A DNA stretch of 64,000 nt. It comes from Balanoglossus misakiensis. Taxonomy: Eukaryota > Animalia > Hemichordata. The stretch lies in contig CM082585.2 in the NCBI GenBank assembly GCA_040954595.2, positions 9,784,564 to 9,848,563 of the forward strand, given 5' to 3'. Position 1 is the stretch's first letter. Every line of letters starts with the position of its first letter. The translations under genes were made by a program, and so were the position numbers. This document shows, in pieces, positions 11,112 through 24,400 of this stretch. Under the pieces are notes generated by a model that did no database searches, was not told the DNA's origin, and saw nothing but the letters and a program-made list of their open reading frames with translations.

Positions 11112-12481
11112 AGCAGACTGATTTCAATATTTCATATATATTTTCATGATTTTTCAAGAGTATAATTTATTATAAACTTTTTGATGCGATGTTTTGATCC
11201 ATTTACTGATGACAATGTCAATGTCAGCATTCTAAATCCAGTGCCATATTTTTTTGGCAGTGTCTATTGCCAACAAACGATTGACATTTTCAAAATGTTT
11301 AATTGATAAGTGTGAAAGTGAAAATAATTATAGTATTTGTTTTGTTGTGTAATATTTTTAATACTTACTGTGAGGTCCATTTCTTTCTTGTGAACTTGTG
11401 TGTGCTGCTTCTTGTTGAAAGCTTTAAAATGGTGCTTATTCATACTAATTAATTAAATTGAAAGTACAGGCATATTTATTCTCTTGATGTGGCAGGTGAA
11501 ATTTTACAGTCTTGGGAAATGATAACCTGAAAGTTATGAACCTGAGGATGATTTTTTGTATTCTTGATTGTGTTTGTATAATATTCCAAATTCCATGCTA
11601 AGATTTATATTTTGGATTGTCATGCAGACTGTGTAGCTATTTAGAAGATTGCGCATATGTAATGCACAGATTAAATACAGTATAACATGTTTACTTTTGC
11701 TTCATGGACACATCGGGGCATGTACAGCTGTTGCCTATAACATTTCAGACAAATATTTGTGAATTGATTTCATTGTCAGAATTAGAAACTTGGTTATTTT
11801 AATCATACCGAATCAACATTTTAAATTACAAAGGATATCATATTGCTAGATAGGGCACACTTATTTGAATGTTTTAATTGAGAAACATCATGATATGGAT
11901 TTAATTTATTTTTGCCAGAGTTTATTTTGCAATACATGTATATGAGAATCTGCATTGTGTATTAAAAATACATGTATACTCACGCACGTACGTCTATTCT
12001 TTTGACCTTTGCCCTGCCCCAGCCTTTGCATGCCCATGATTGAAAATAGCGCCACCTACATTTGCAGATATGCATTATTTTGTTTTCCCCTGTTTAACAT
12101 TACTCAAACTTCTATATAAACTTTACATAAACGGTGACAAGAATGAGACTTCATGGATTGAATCCAGATTATCCGCTGATCACCCAGTATTTTAAGACAG
12201 TCACCAGGGGATATACACTGGGGCCGACAAACAGAATATTTTTCGTAATCAATATGAAAGAATTTGCCAAGATTTTACTCATAACAGACTGATTTTTTTC
12301 GTTCATACAGGTACTCAGACATCATGGCTGCAGATATCATCGAATCACTTTTTGGCAATTTCCTCTGTTATGTATATTTTCACGTGTAAATAGTTCTTAT
12401 AGAAGTAATAAATGATAATAGGAAAACTATTGCGACAACTGAAAAACTAGTACGTATTCGAATTTAATTCCTGGAAAAGAC

Positions 12482-15400
12482 CAAAATTTCTTCATTTTTT
12501 GAAGAAAATCATATGTTATAGCTAATGAAAATCATCAAAAAATGACAATTTTTCGACTTTGCGAATTTTCAAAATTTCTTCATTTTTTGAAAAAATCATG
12601 GGTTATAGCTCATGATTTTTATCAAAAAATGACAATTTTTCGACTTTGCGAATTTTCAAAATTTCTTCAATTTTTGAAAAAATCATGGGTTATAGCTCAT
12701 GAAAATCATCAAAAAATGACAATTTTTCGACTTTGCGAATTTTCAAAATTTCTTCATTTTTTGAAAAAATCATGGGTTATAGCTCATGATTTTTATCAAA
12801 AAATGACAATTTTTCGACTTTGCGAATTTTCAAAATTTCTTCAATTTTTGAAAAAATCATGGGTTATAGCTCATGATTTTTATCAAAAAATGACAATTTT
12901 TCGACTTTGCGAATTTTCAAAATTTCTTCATTTTTTGAAAAAATCATGGGTTATAGCTCATGATTTTTATCAAAAAATCACAATTTTTCGACTTTGCGAA
13001 TTTTCAAAATTTCTTCATTTTTTGAAAAAATCATGGGTTATAGCTTATGAAAATCATCAAAAAATGACAATTTTTCGACTTTGCGAATTTTCAAAATTTC
13101 TTCAATTTTTGAAAAAATCATGGGTTATAGCTCATGATTTTTATCAAAAAATCACAATTTTTCGACTTTGCGAATTTTCAAAATTTCTTCATTTTTTGAA
13201 AAAATCATGGGTTATAGCTCATGATTTTTATCAAAAAATGACAATTTTTCGACTTTGCGAATTTTCAAAATTTCTTCATTTTTTGAAAAAATCATGGGTT
13301 ATAGCTCATGATTTTTATCAAAAAATGACAATTTTTCGACTTTGCGAATTTTCAAAATTTCTTCATTTTTTGAAAAAATCATGGGTTATAGCTCATGATT
13401 TTTATCAAAAAATCACAATTTTTCGACTTTGCGAATTTTCAAAATTTCTTCATTTTTTGAAAAAATCATGGGTTATAGCTCATGATTTTTATCAAAAAAT
13501 CACAATTTTTCGACTTTGCGAATTTTCAAAATTTCTTCATTTTTTGAAAAAATCATGGGTTATAGCTTATGAAAATCATCAAAAAATCACAATTTTTCGA
13601 CTTTGCGAATTTTCAAAATTTCTTCAATTTTTGAAAAAATCATGGGTTATAGCTCATGATTTTTATCAAAAAATCACAATTTTTCGACTTTGCGAATTTT
13701 CAAAATTTCTTCATTTTTTGAAAAAATCATGGGTTATAGCTCATGATTTTTATCAAAAAATCACAATTTTTCGACTTTGCGAATTTTCAAAATTTCTTCA
13801 TTTTTTGAAAAAATCATGGGTTATAGCTCATGATTTTTATCAAAAAATCACAATTTTTCGACTTTGCGAATTTTCAAAATTTCTTCATTTTTTGAAAAAA
13901 TCATGGGTTATAGCTCATGATTTTTATCAAAAAATCACAATTTTTCGACTTTGCGAATTTTCAAAATTTCTTCATTTTTTGAAAAAACCATGGGTTATAG
14001 CTCATGATTTTTATCAAAAAATCACAATTTTTCGACTTCGCGAATTTTCAAAATTTCTTCATTTTTTGAAAAAATCATGGGTTATAGCTCAAGATTTTTA
14101 TCAAAAAATCACAATTTTTCGACTTTGCGAATTTTCAAAATTTCTTCATTTTTTGAAAAAATCATGGGTTATAGCTCATGATTTTTATCAAAAAATGACA
14201 ATTTTTCGACTTTGCGAATTTTCAAAATTTCTTCATTTTTTGAAAAAATCATGGGTTATAGCTCATGAAAATCATCAAAAAATAACAATTTTTCGATTTT
14301 GCGAATTTTCAAAATTTCTTCATTTTTTGAAAAAATCATGGGTTATAGCTCATGATTTTTATCAAAAAATCACAATTTTTCGACTTTGCGAATTTTCAAA
14401 ATTTCTTCATTTTTTTAAAAAAATCATGGGTTATAGCTCATGATTTTTATCAAAAAATGACAATTTTTCGACTTTGCGAATTTTCAAAATTTCTTCATTT
14501 TTTGAAAAAATCATGGGTTATAGCTCATGATTTTTATCAAAAAATCACAATTTTTCGACTTTGCGAATTTTCAAAATTTCTTCATTTTTTGAAAAAATCA
14601 TGGGTTATAGCTTATGAAAATCATCAAAAAATCACAATTTTTCGACTTTGCGAATTTTCAAAATTTCTTCAATTTTTGAAAAAATCATGGGTTATAGCTC
14701 ATGATTTTTATCAAAAAATCACAATTTTTCGACTTTGCGAATTTTCAAAATTTCTTCATTTTTTGAAAAAATCATGGGTTATAGCTCATGATTTTTATCA
14801 AAAAATCACAATTTTTCGACTTTGCGAATTTTCAAAATTTCTTCATTTTTTGAAAAAATCATGGGTTATAGCTCATGATTTTTATCAAAAAATCACAATT
14901 TTTCGACTTTGCGAATTTTCAAAATTTCTTCATTTTTTGAAAAAATCATGGGTTATAGCTCATGATTTTTATCAAAAAATCACAATTTTTCGACTTTGCG
15001 AATTTTCAAAATTTCTTCATTTTTTGAAAAAATCATGGGTTATAGCTCATGATTTTTATCAAAAAATCACAATTTTTCGACTTTGCGAATTTTCAAAATT
15101 TCTTCATTTTTTGAAAAAATCATGGGTTATAGCTCATGATTTTTATCAAAAAATCACAATTTTTCGACTTTGCGAATTTTCAAAATTTCTTCATTTTTTA
15201 AAAAAAATCATGGGTTATAGCTCATGATTTTTATCAAAAAATCACAATTTTTCGACTTTGCGAATTTTCAAAATTTCTTCATTTTTTGAAAAAATCATGG
15301 GTTATAGCTCATGATTTTTATCAAAAAATCACAATTTTTCGACTTTGCGAATTTTCAAAATTTCTTCATTTTTTGAAAAAATCATGGGTTATAGCTTATG

Positions 15401-18400
15401 AAAATCATCAAAAAATCACAATTTTTCGACTTTGCGAATTTTCAAAATTTCTTCAATTTTTGAAAAAATCATGGGTTATAGCTCATGATTTTTATCAAAA
15501 AATCACAATTTTTCGACTTTGCGAATTTTCAAAATTTCTTCATTTTTTGAAAAAATCATGGGTTATAGCTCATGATTTTTATCAAAAAATCACAATTTTT
15601 CGACTTTGCGAATTTTCAAAATTTCTTCATTTTTTGAAAAAATCATGGGTTATAGCTCATGATTTTTATCAAAAAATCACAATTTTTCGACTTTGCGAAT
15701 TTTCAAAATTTCTTCATTTTTTGAAGAAATCATGGGTTATAGCTCATGATTTTTATCAAAAAATCACAATTTTTCGACTTTGCGAATTTTCAAAATTTCT
15801 TCATTTTTTGAAAAAATCATGGGTTATAGCTCATGATTTTTATCAAAAAATGACAATTTTTCGACTTTGCGAATTTTCAAAATTTCTTCATTTTTTGAAA
15901 AAATCATGGGTTATAGCTCATGAAAATCATCAAAAAATAACAATTTTTCGATTTTGCGAATTTTCAAAATTTCTTCATTTTTTGAAAAAATCATGGGTTA
16001 TAGCTCATGATTTTTATCAAAAAATCACAATTTTTCGACTTTGCGAATTTTCAAAATTTCTTCATTTTTTTAAAAAAATCATGGGTTATAGCTCATGATT
16101 TTTATCAAAAAATCACAATTTTTCGACTTTGCGAATTTTCAAAATTTCTTCATTTTTTGAAAAAATCATGGGTTATAGCTCATGAAAATCATAAAAAAAT
16201 GACAATTTTTCGACTTTGCGAATTTTCAAAATTTCTTCAATTTTTGAAAAAATCATGGGTTATAGCTCATGATTTTTATCAAAAAATGACAATTTTTCGA
16301 CTTTGCGAATTTTCAAAATTTCTTCATTTTTTGAAAAAATCATGGGTTATAGCTCATGATTTTTATCAAAAAATGACAATTTTTCGACTTTGCGAATTTT
16401 CAAAATTTCTTCATTTTTTGAAAAAATCATGGGTTATAGCTCATGATTTTTATCAAAAAATGACAATTTTTCGACTTTGCGAATTTTCAAAATTTCTTCA
16501 TTTTTTGAAAAAATCATGGGTTATAGCTCATGAAAATCATCAAAAAATAACAATTTTTCGATTTTGCGAATTTTCAAAATTTCTTCATTTTTTGAAAAAA
16601 TCATGGGTTATAGCTCATGATTTTTATCAAAAAATGACAATTTTTCGACTTTGCGAATTTTCAAAATTTCTTCATTTTTTGAAAAAAATCATGGGTTATA
16701 GCTCATGATTTTTATCAAAAAATGACAATTTTTCGACTTTGCGAATTTTCAAAATTTCTTCATTTTTTGAAAAAATCATGGGTTATAGCTCATGATTTTT
16801 ATCAAAAAATCACAATTTTTCGACTTTGCGAATTTTCAAAATTTCTTCATTTTTTAAAAAAAATCATGGGTTATAGCTCATGATTTTTATCAAAAAATCA
16901 CAATTTTTCGACTTTGCGAATTTTCAAAATTTCTTCATTTTTTGAAAAAATCATGGGTTATAGCTCATGATTTTTATCAAAAAATCACAATTTTTCGACT
17001 TTGCGAATTTTCAAAATTTCTTCATTTTTTGAAAAAATCATGGGTTATAGCTCATGATTTTTATCAAAAAATGACAATTTTTCGACTTTGCGAATTTTCA
17101 AAATTTCTTCATTTTTTGAAAAAATCATGGGTTATAGCTCATGAAAATCATCAAAAAATAACAATTTTTCGATTTTGCGAATTTTCAAAATTTCTTCATT
17201 TTTTGAAAAAATCATGGGTTATAGCTCATGATTTTTATCAAAAAATGACAATTTTTCGACTTTGCGAATTTTCAAAATTTCTTCATTTTTTGAAAAAAAT
17301 CATGGGTTATAGCTCATGATTTTTATCAAAAAATGACAATTTTTCGACTTTGCGAATTTTCAAAATTTCTTCATTTTTTGAAAAAATCATGGGTTATAGC
17401 TCATGATTTTTATCAAAAAATCACAATTTTTCGACTTTGCGAATTTTCAAAATTTCTTCATTTTTTAAAAAAAATCATGGGTTATAGCTCATGATTTTTA
17501 TCAAAAAATCACAATTTTTCGACTTTGCGAATTTTCAAAATTTCTTCATTTTTTGAAAAAATCATGGGTTATAGCTCATGATTTTTATCAAAAAATCACA
17601 ATTTTTCGACTTTGCGAATTTTCAAAATTTCTTCATTTTTTGAAAAAATCATGGGTTATAGCTCATGATTTTTATCAAAAAATCACAATTTTTCGACTTC
17701 GCGAATTTTCAAAATTTCTTCATTTTTTGAAAAAATCATGGGTTATAGCTCATGATTTTTATCAAAAAATCACAATTTTTCGACTTTGCGAATTTTCAAA
17801 ATTTCTTCATTTTTTGAAAAAATCATGGGTTATAGCTCATGATTTTTATCAAAAAATCACAATTTTTCGACTTTGCGAATTTTCAAAATTTCTTCATTTT
17901 TTGAAAAAATCATGGGTTATAGCTCATGATTTTTATCAAAAAATCACAATTTTTCGACTTTGCGAATTTTCAAAATTTCTTCATTTTTTTAAAAAAATCA
18001 TGGGTTATAGCTCATGATTTTTATCAAAAAATCACAATTTTTCGACTTTGCGAATTTTCAAAATTTCTTCATTTTTTGAAAAAATCATGGGTTATAGCTC
18101 ATGATTTTTAACAAAAAATCACAATTTTTCGACTTTGCGAATTTTCAAAATTTCTTCATTTTTTGAAAAAATCATGGGTTATAGCTCATGATTTTTATCA
18201 AAAAATCACAATTTTTCGACTTTGCGAATTTTCAAAATTTCTTCATTTTTTGAAAAAATCATGGGTTATAGCTCATGATTTTTATCAAAAAATCACAATT
18301 TTTCGACTTTGCGAATTTTCAAAATTTCTTCATTTTTTGAAAAAATCATGGGTTATAGCTCATGATTTTTATCAAAAAATCACAATTTTTCGACTTTGCG

Positions 18401-21400
18401 AATTTTCAAAATTTCTTCATTTTTTGAAAAAATCATGGGTTATAGCTCATGATTTTTATCAAAAAATCACAATTTTTCGACTTTGCGAATTTTCAAAATT
18501 TCTTCATTTTTTGAAAAAATCATGGGTTATAGCTCATGATTTTTATCAAAAAATCACAATTTTTCGACTTTGCGAATTTTCAAAATTTCTTCATTTTTTG
18601 AAAAAATCATGGGTTATAGCTCATGATTTTTATCAAAAAATCACAATTTTTCGACTTTGCGAATTTTCAAAATTTCTTCATTTTTTGAAAAAATCATGGG
18701 TTATAGCTCATGATTTTTATCAAAAAATCACAATTTTTCGACTTTGCGAATTTTCAAAATTTCTTCATTTTTTGAAAAAATCATGGGTTATAGCTCATGA
18801 TTTTTATCAAAAAATCACAATTTTTCGACTTTGCGAATTTTCAAAATTTCTTCATTTTTTGAAAAAATCATGGGTTATAGCTCATGATTTTTATCAAAAA
18901 ATCACAATTTTTCGACTTTGCGAATTTTCAAAATTTCTTCATTTTTTTAAAAAAATCATGGGTTATAGCTCATGATTTTTTTCAAAAAATCACAATTTTT
19001 TGACTTTGCGAATTTTCAAAATTTCTTCATTTTTTGAAAAAATCATGGGTTATAGCTCATGATTTTTATCAAAAAATCACAATTTTTCGACTTTGCGAAT
19101 TTTCAAAATTTCTTCATTTTTTGAAAAAATCATGGGTTATAGCTCATGATTTTTATCAAAAAATCACAATTTTTCGACTTTGCGAATTTTCAAAATTTCT
19201 TCATTTTTTGAAAAAATCATGGGTTATAGCTCATGATTTTTATCAAAAAATCACAATTTTTCGACTTTGCGAATTTTCAAAATTTCTTCATTTTTTGAAA
19301 AAATCATGGGTTATAGCTCATGATTTTTATCAAAAAATCACAATTTTTCGACTTCGCGAATTTTCAAAATTTCTTCATTTTTTGAAAAAATCATGGGTTA
19401 TAGCTCATGATTTTTATCAAAAAATGACAATTTTTCGACTTTGCGAATTTTCAAAATTTCTTCATTTTTTGAAAAAATCATGGGTTATAGCTCATGATTT
19501 TTATCAAAAAATCACAATTTTTCGACTTTGCGAATTTTCAAAATTTCTTCATTTTTTGAAAAAATCATGGGTTATAGCTCATGATTTTTATCAAAAAATC
19601 ACAATTTTTCGACTTTGCGAATTTTCAAAATTTCTTCATTTTTTGAAAAAATCATGGGTTATAGCTCATGATTTTTATCAAAAAATGACAATTTTTCGAC
19701 TTTGCGAATTTTCAAAATTTCTTCATTTTTTGAAAAAATCATGGGTTATAGCTCATGATTTTTATCAAAAAATCACAATTTTTCGACTTTGCGAATTTTC
19801 AAAATTTCTTCATTTTTTTAAAAAAATCATGGGTTATAGCTCATGATTTTTATCAAAAAATCACAATTTTTCGACTTTGCGAATTTTCAAAATTTCTTCA
19901 TTTTTTGAAAAAATCATGGGTTATAGCTCATGATTTTTATCAAAAAATCACAATTTTTCGACTTTGCGAATTTTCAAAATTTCTTCATTTTTTGAAAAAA
20001 TCATGGGTTATAGCTCATGATTTTTATCAAAAAATCACAATTTTTCGACTTTGCGAATTTTCAAAATTTCTTCATTTTTTGAAAAAATCATGGGTTATAG
20101 CTTATGAAAATCATCAAAAAATCACAATTTTTCGACTTTGCGAATTTTCAAAATTTCTTCAATTTTTGAAAAAATCATGGGTTATAGCTCATGATTTTTA
20201 TCAAAAAATCACAATTTTTCGACTTTGCGAATTTTCAAAATTTCTTCATTTTTTGAAAAAAATCATGGGTTATAGCTCATGATTTTTATCAAAAAATGAC
20301 AATTTTTCGACTTTGCGAATTTTCAAAATTTCTTCATTTTTTGAAAAAATCATGGGTTATAGCTCATGATTTTTATCAAAAAATCACAATTTTTCGACTT
20401 TGCGAATTTTCAAAATTTCTTCATTTTTTGAAAAAATCATGGGTTATAGCTCATGATTTTTATCAAAAAATCACAATTTTTCGACTTTGCGAATTTTCAA
20501 AATTTCTTCATTTTTTGAAAAAATCATGGGTTATAGCTCATGATTTTTATCAAAAAATCACAATTTTTCGACTTTGCGAATTTTCAAAATTTCTTCATTT
20601 TTTGAAAAAATCATGGGTTATAGCTCATGATTTTTATCAAAAAATCACAATTTTTCGACTTTGCGAATTTTCAAAATTTCTTCATTTTTTGAAAAAATCA
20701 TGGGTTATAGCTTATGAAAATCATCAAAAAATGACAATTTTTCGACTTTGCGAATTTTCAAAATTTCTTCAATTTTTGAAAAAATCATGGGTTATAGCTC
20801 ATGATTTTTATCAAAAAATCACAATTTTTCGACTTTGCGAATTTTCAAAATTTCTTCATTTTTTGAAAAAATCATGGGTTATAGCTCATGATTTTTATCA
20901 AAAAATGACAATTTTTCGACTTTGCGAATTTTCAAAATTTCTTCATTTTTTGAAAAAATCATGGGTTATAGCTCATGAAAATCATCAAAAAATGACAATT
21001 TTTCGATTTTGCGAATTTTCAAAATTTCTTCATTTTTTGAAAAAATCATGGGTTATAGCTCATGATTTTTATCAAAAAATGACAATTTTTCGAGTTTGCG
21101 AATTTTCAAAATTTCTTCATTTTTTGAAAAAAATCATGGGTTATAGCTCATGATTTTTATCAAAAAATCACAATTTTTCGACTTTGCGAATTTTCAAAAT
21201 TTCTTCATTTTTTGAAAAAATCATGGGTTATAGCTCATGATTTTTATCAAAAAATGACAATTTTTCGACTTTGCGAATTTTCAAAATTTCTTCATTTTTT
21301 GAAAAAATCATGGGTTATAGCTCATGATTTTTATCAAAAAATCACAATTTTTCGACTTTGCGAATTTTCAAAATTTCTTCATTTTTTGAAAAAATCATGG

Positions 21401-24400
21401 GTTATAGCTCATGATTTTTATCAAAAAATCACAATTTTTCGACTTTGCGAATTTTCAAAATTTCTTCATTTTTTGAAAAAATCATGGGTTATAGCTTATG
21501 AAAATCATCAAAAAATCACAATTTTTCGACTTTGCGAATTTTCAAAATTTCTTCAATTTTTGAAAAAATCATGGGTTATAGCTCATGATTTTTATCAAAA
21601 AATCACAATTTTTCGACTTTGCGAATTTTCAAAATTTCTTCATTTTTTGAAAAAATCATGGGTTATAGCTCATGATTTTTATCAAAAAATCACAATTTTT
21701 CGACTTTGCGAATTTTCAAAATTTCTTCATTTTTTGAAAAAATCATGGGTTATAGCTCATGATTTTTATCAAAAAATCACAATTTTTCGACTTTGCGAAT
21801 TTTCAAAATTTCTTCATTTTTTGAAAAAATCATGGGTTATAGCTCATGATTTTTATCAAAAAATCACAATTTTTCGACTTTGCGAATTTTCAAAATTTCT
21901 TCATTTTTTGAAAAAACCATGGGTTATAGCTCATGATTTTTATCAAAAAATCACAATTTTTCGACTTCGCGAATTTTCAAAATTTCTTCATTTTTTGAAA
22001 AAATCATGGGTTATAGCTCAAGATTTTTATCAAAAAATCACAATTTTTCGACTTTGCGAATTTTCAAAATTTCTTCATTTTTTGAAAAAATCATGGGTTA
22101 TAGCTCATGATTTTTATCAAAAAATGACAATTTTTCGACTTTGCGAATTTTCAAAATTTCTTCATTTTTTGAAAAAATCATGGGTTATAGCTCATGAAAA
22201 TCATCAAAAAATAACAATTTTTCGATTTTGCTAATTTTCAAAATTTCTTCATTTTTTGAAAAAATCATGGGTTATAGCTCATGATTTTTATCAAAAAATC
22301 ACAATTTTTCGACTTTGCGAATTTTCAAAATTTCTTCATTTTTTTAAAAAAATCATGGGTTATAGCTCATGATTTTTATCAAAAAATCACAATTTTTCGA
22401 CTTTGCGAATTTTCAAAATTTCTTCATTTTTTGAAAAAATCATGGGTTATAGCTTATGAAAATCATCAAAAAATCACAATTTTTCGACTTTGCGAATTTT
22501 CAAAATTTCTTCAATTTTTGAAAAAATCATGGGTTATAGCTCATGATTTTTATCAAAAAATCACAATTTTTCGACTTTGCGAATTTTCAAAATTTCTTCA
22601 TTTTTTGAAAAAATCATGGGTTATAGCTCATGATTTTTATCAAAAAATCACAATTTTTCGACTTTGCGAATTTTCAAAATTTCTTCATTTTTTGAAAAAA
22701 TCATGGGTTATAGCTCATGATTTTTATCAAAAAATCACAATTTTTCGACTTTGCGAATTTTCAAAATTTCTTCATTTTTTGAAAAAATCATGGGTTATAG
22801 CTCATGATTTTTATCAAAAAATCACAATTTTTCGACTTTGCGAATTTTCAAAATTTCTTCATTTTTTGAAAAAATCATGGGTTATAGCTCATGATTTTTA
22901 TCAAAAAATCACAATTTTTCGACTTTGCGAATTTTCAAAATTTCTTCATTTTTTGAAAAAATCATGGGTTATAGCTCATGATTTTTATCAAAAAATCACA
23001 ATTTTTCGACTTTGCGAATTTTCAAAATTTCTTCATTTTTTAAAAAAAATCATGGGTTATAGCTCATGATTTTTATCAAAAAATCACAATTTTTCGACTT
23101 TGCGAATTTTCAAAATTTCTTCATTTTTTGAAAAAATCATGGGTTATAGCTCATGATTTTTATCAAAAAATCACAATTTTTCGACTTTGCGAATTTTCAA
23201 AATTTCTTCATTTTTTGAAAAAATCATGGGTTATAGCTTATGAAAATCATCAAAAAATCACAATTTTTCGACTTTGCGAATTTTCAAAATTTCTTCAATT
23301 TTTGAAAAAATCATGGGTTATAGCTCATGATTTTTATCAAAAAATCACAATTTTTCGACTTTGCGAATTTTCAAAATTTCTTCATTTTTTGAAAAAATCA
23401 TGGGTTATAGCTCATGATTTTTATCAAAAAATCACAATTTTTCGACTTTGCGAATTTTCAAAATTTCTTCATTTTTTGAAAAAATCATGGGTTATAGCTC
23501 ATGATTTTTATCAAAAAATCACAATTTTTCGACTTTGCGAATTTTCAAAATTTCTTCATTTTTTGAAGAAATCATGGGTTATAGCTCATGATTTTTATCA
23601 AAAAATCACAATTTTTCGACTTTGCGAATTTTCAAAATTTCTTCATTTTTTGAAAAAATCATGGGTTATAGCTCATGATTTTTATCAAAAAATGACAATT
23701 TTTCGACTTTGCGAATTTTCAAAATTTCTTCATTTTTTGAAAAAATCATGGGTTATAGCTCATGAAAATCATCAAAAAATAACAATTTTTCGATTTTGCG
23801 AATTTTCAAAATTTCTTCATTTTTTGAAAAAATCATGGGTTATAGCTCATGATTTTTATCAAAAAATCACAATTTTTCGACTTTGCGAATTTTCAAAATT
23901 TCTTCATTTTTTTAAAAAAATCATGGGTTATAGCTCATGATTTTTATCAAAAAATCACAATTTTTCGACTTTGCGAATTTTCAAAATTTCTTCATTTTTT
24001 GAAAAAATCATGGGTTATAGCTCATGAAAATCATAAAAAAATGACAATTTTTCGACTTTGCGAATTTTCAAAATTTCTTCAATTTTTGAAAAAATCATGG
24101 GTTATAGCTCATGATTTTTATCAAAAAATGACAATTTTTCGACTTTGCGAATTTTCAAAATTTCTTCATTTTTTGAAAAAATCATGGGTTATAGCTCATG
24201 ATTTTTATCAAAAAATGACAATTTTTCGACTTTGCGAATTTTCAAAATTTCTTCATTTTTTGAAAAAATCATGGGTTATAGCTCATGATTTTTATCAAAA
24301 AATGACAATTTTTCGACTTTGCGAATTTTCAAAATTTCTTCATTTTTTGAAAAAATCATGGGTTATAGCTCATGAAAATCATCAAAAAATAACAATTTTT

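Noticed and set aside
12550-12566. CENP-B box (TTCG...CG) in the monomer
   Set aside because: The spacing is 6 nt rather than 7, and the conserved A and CGGG positions are missing.
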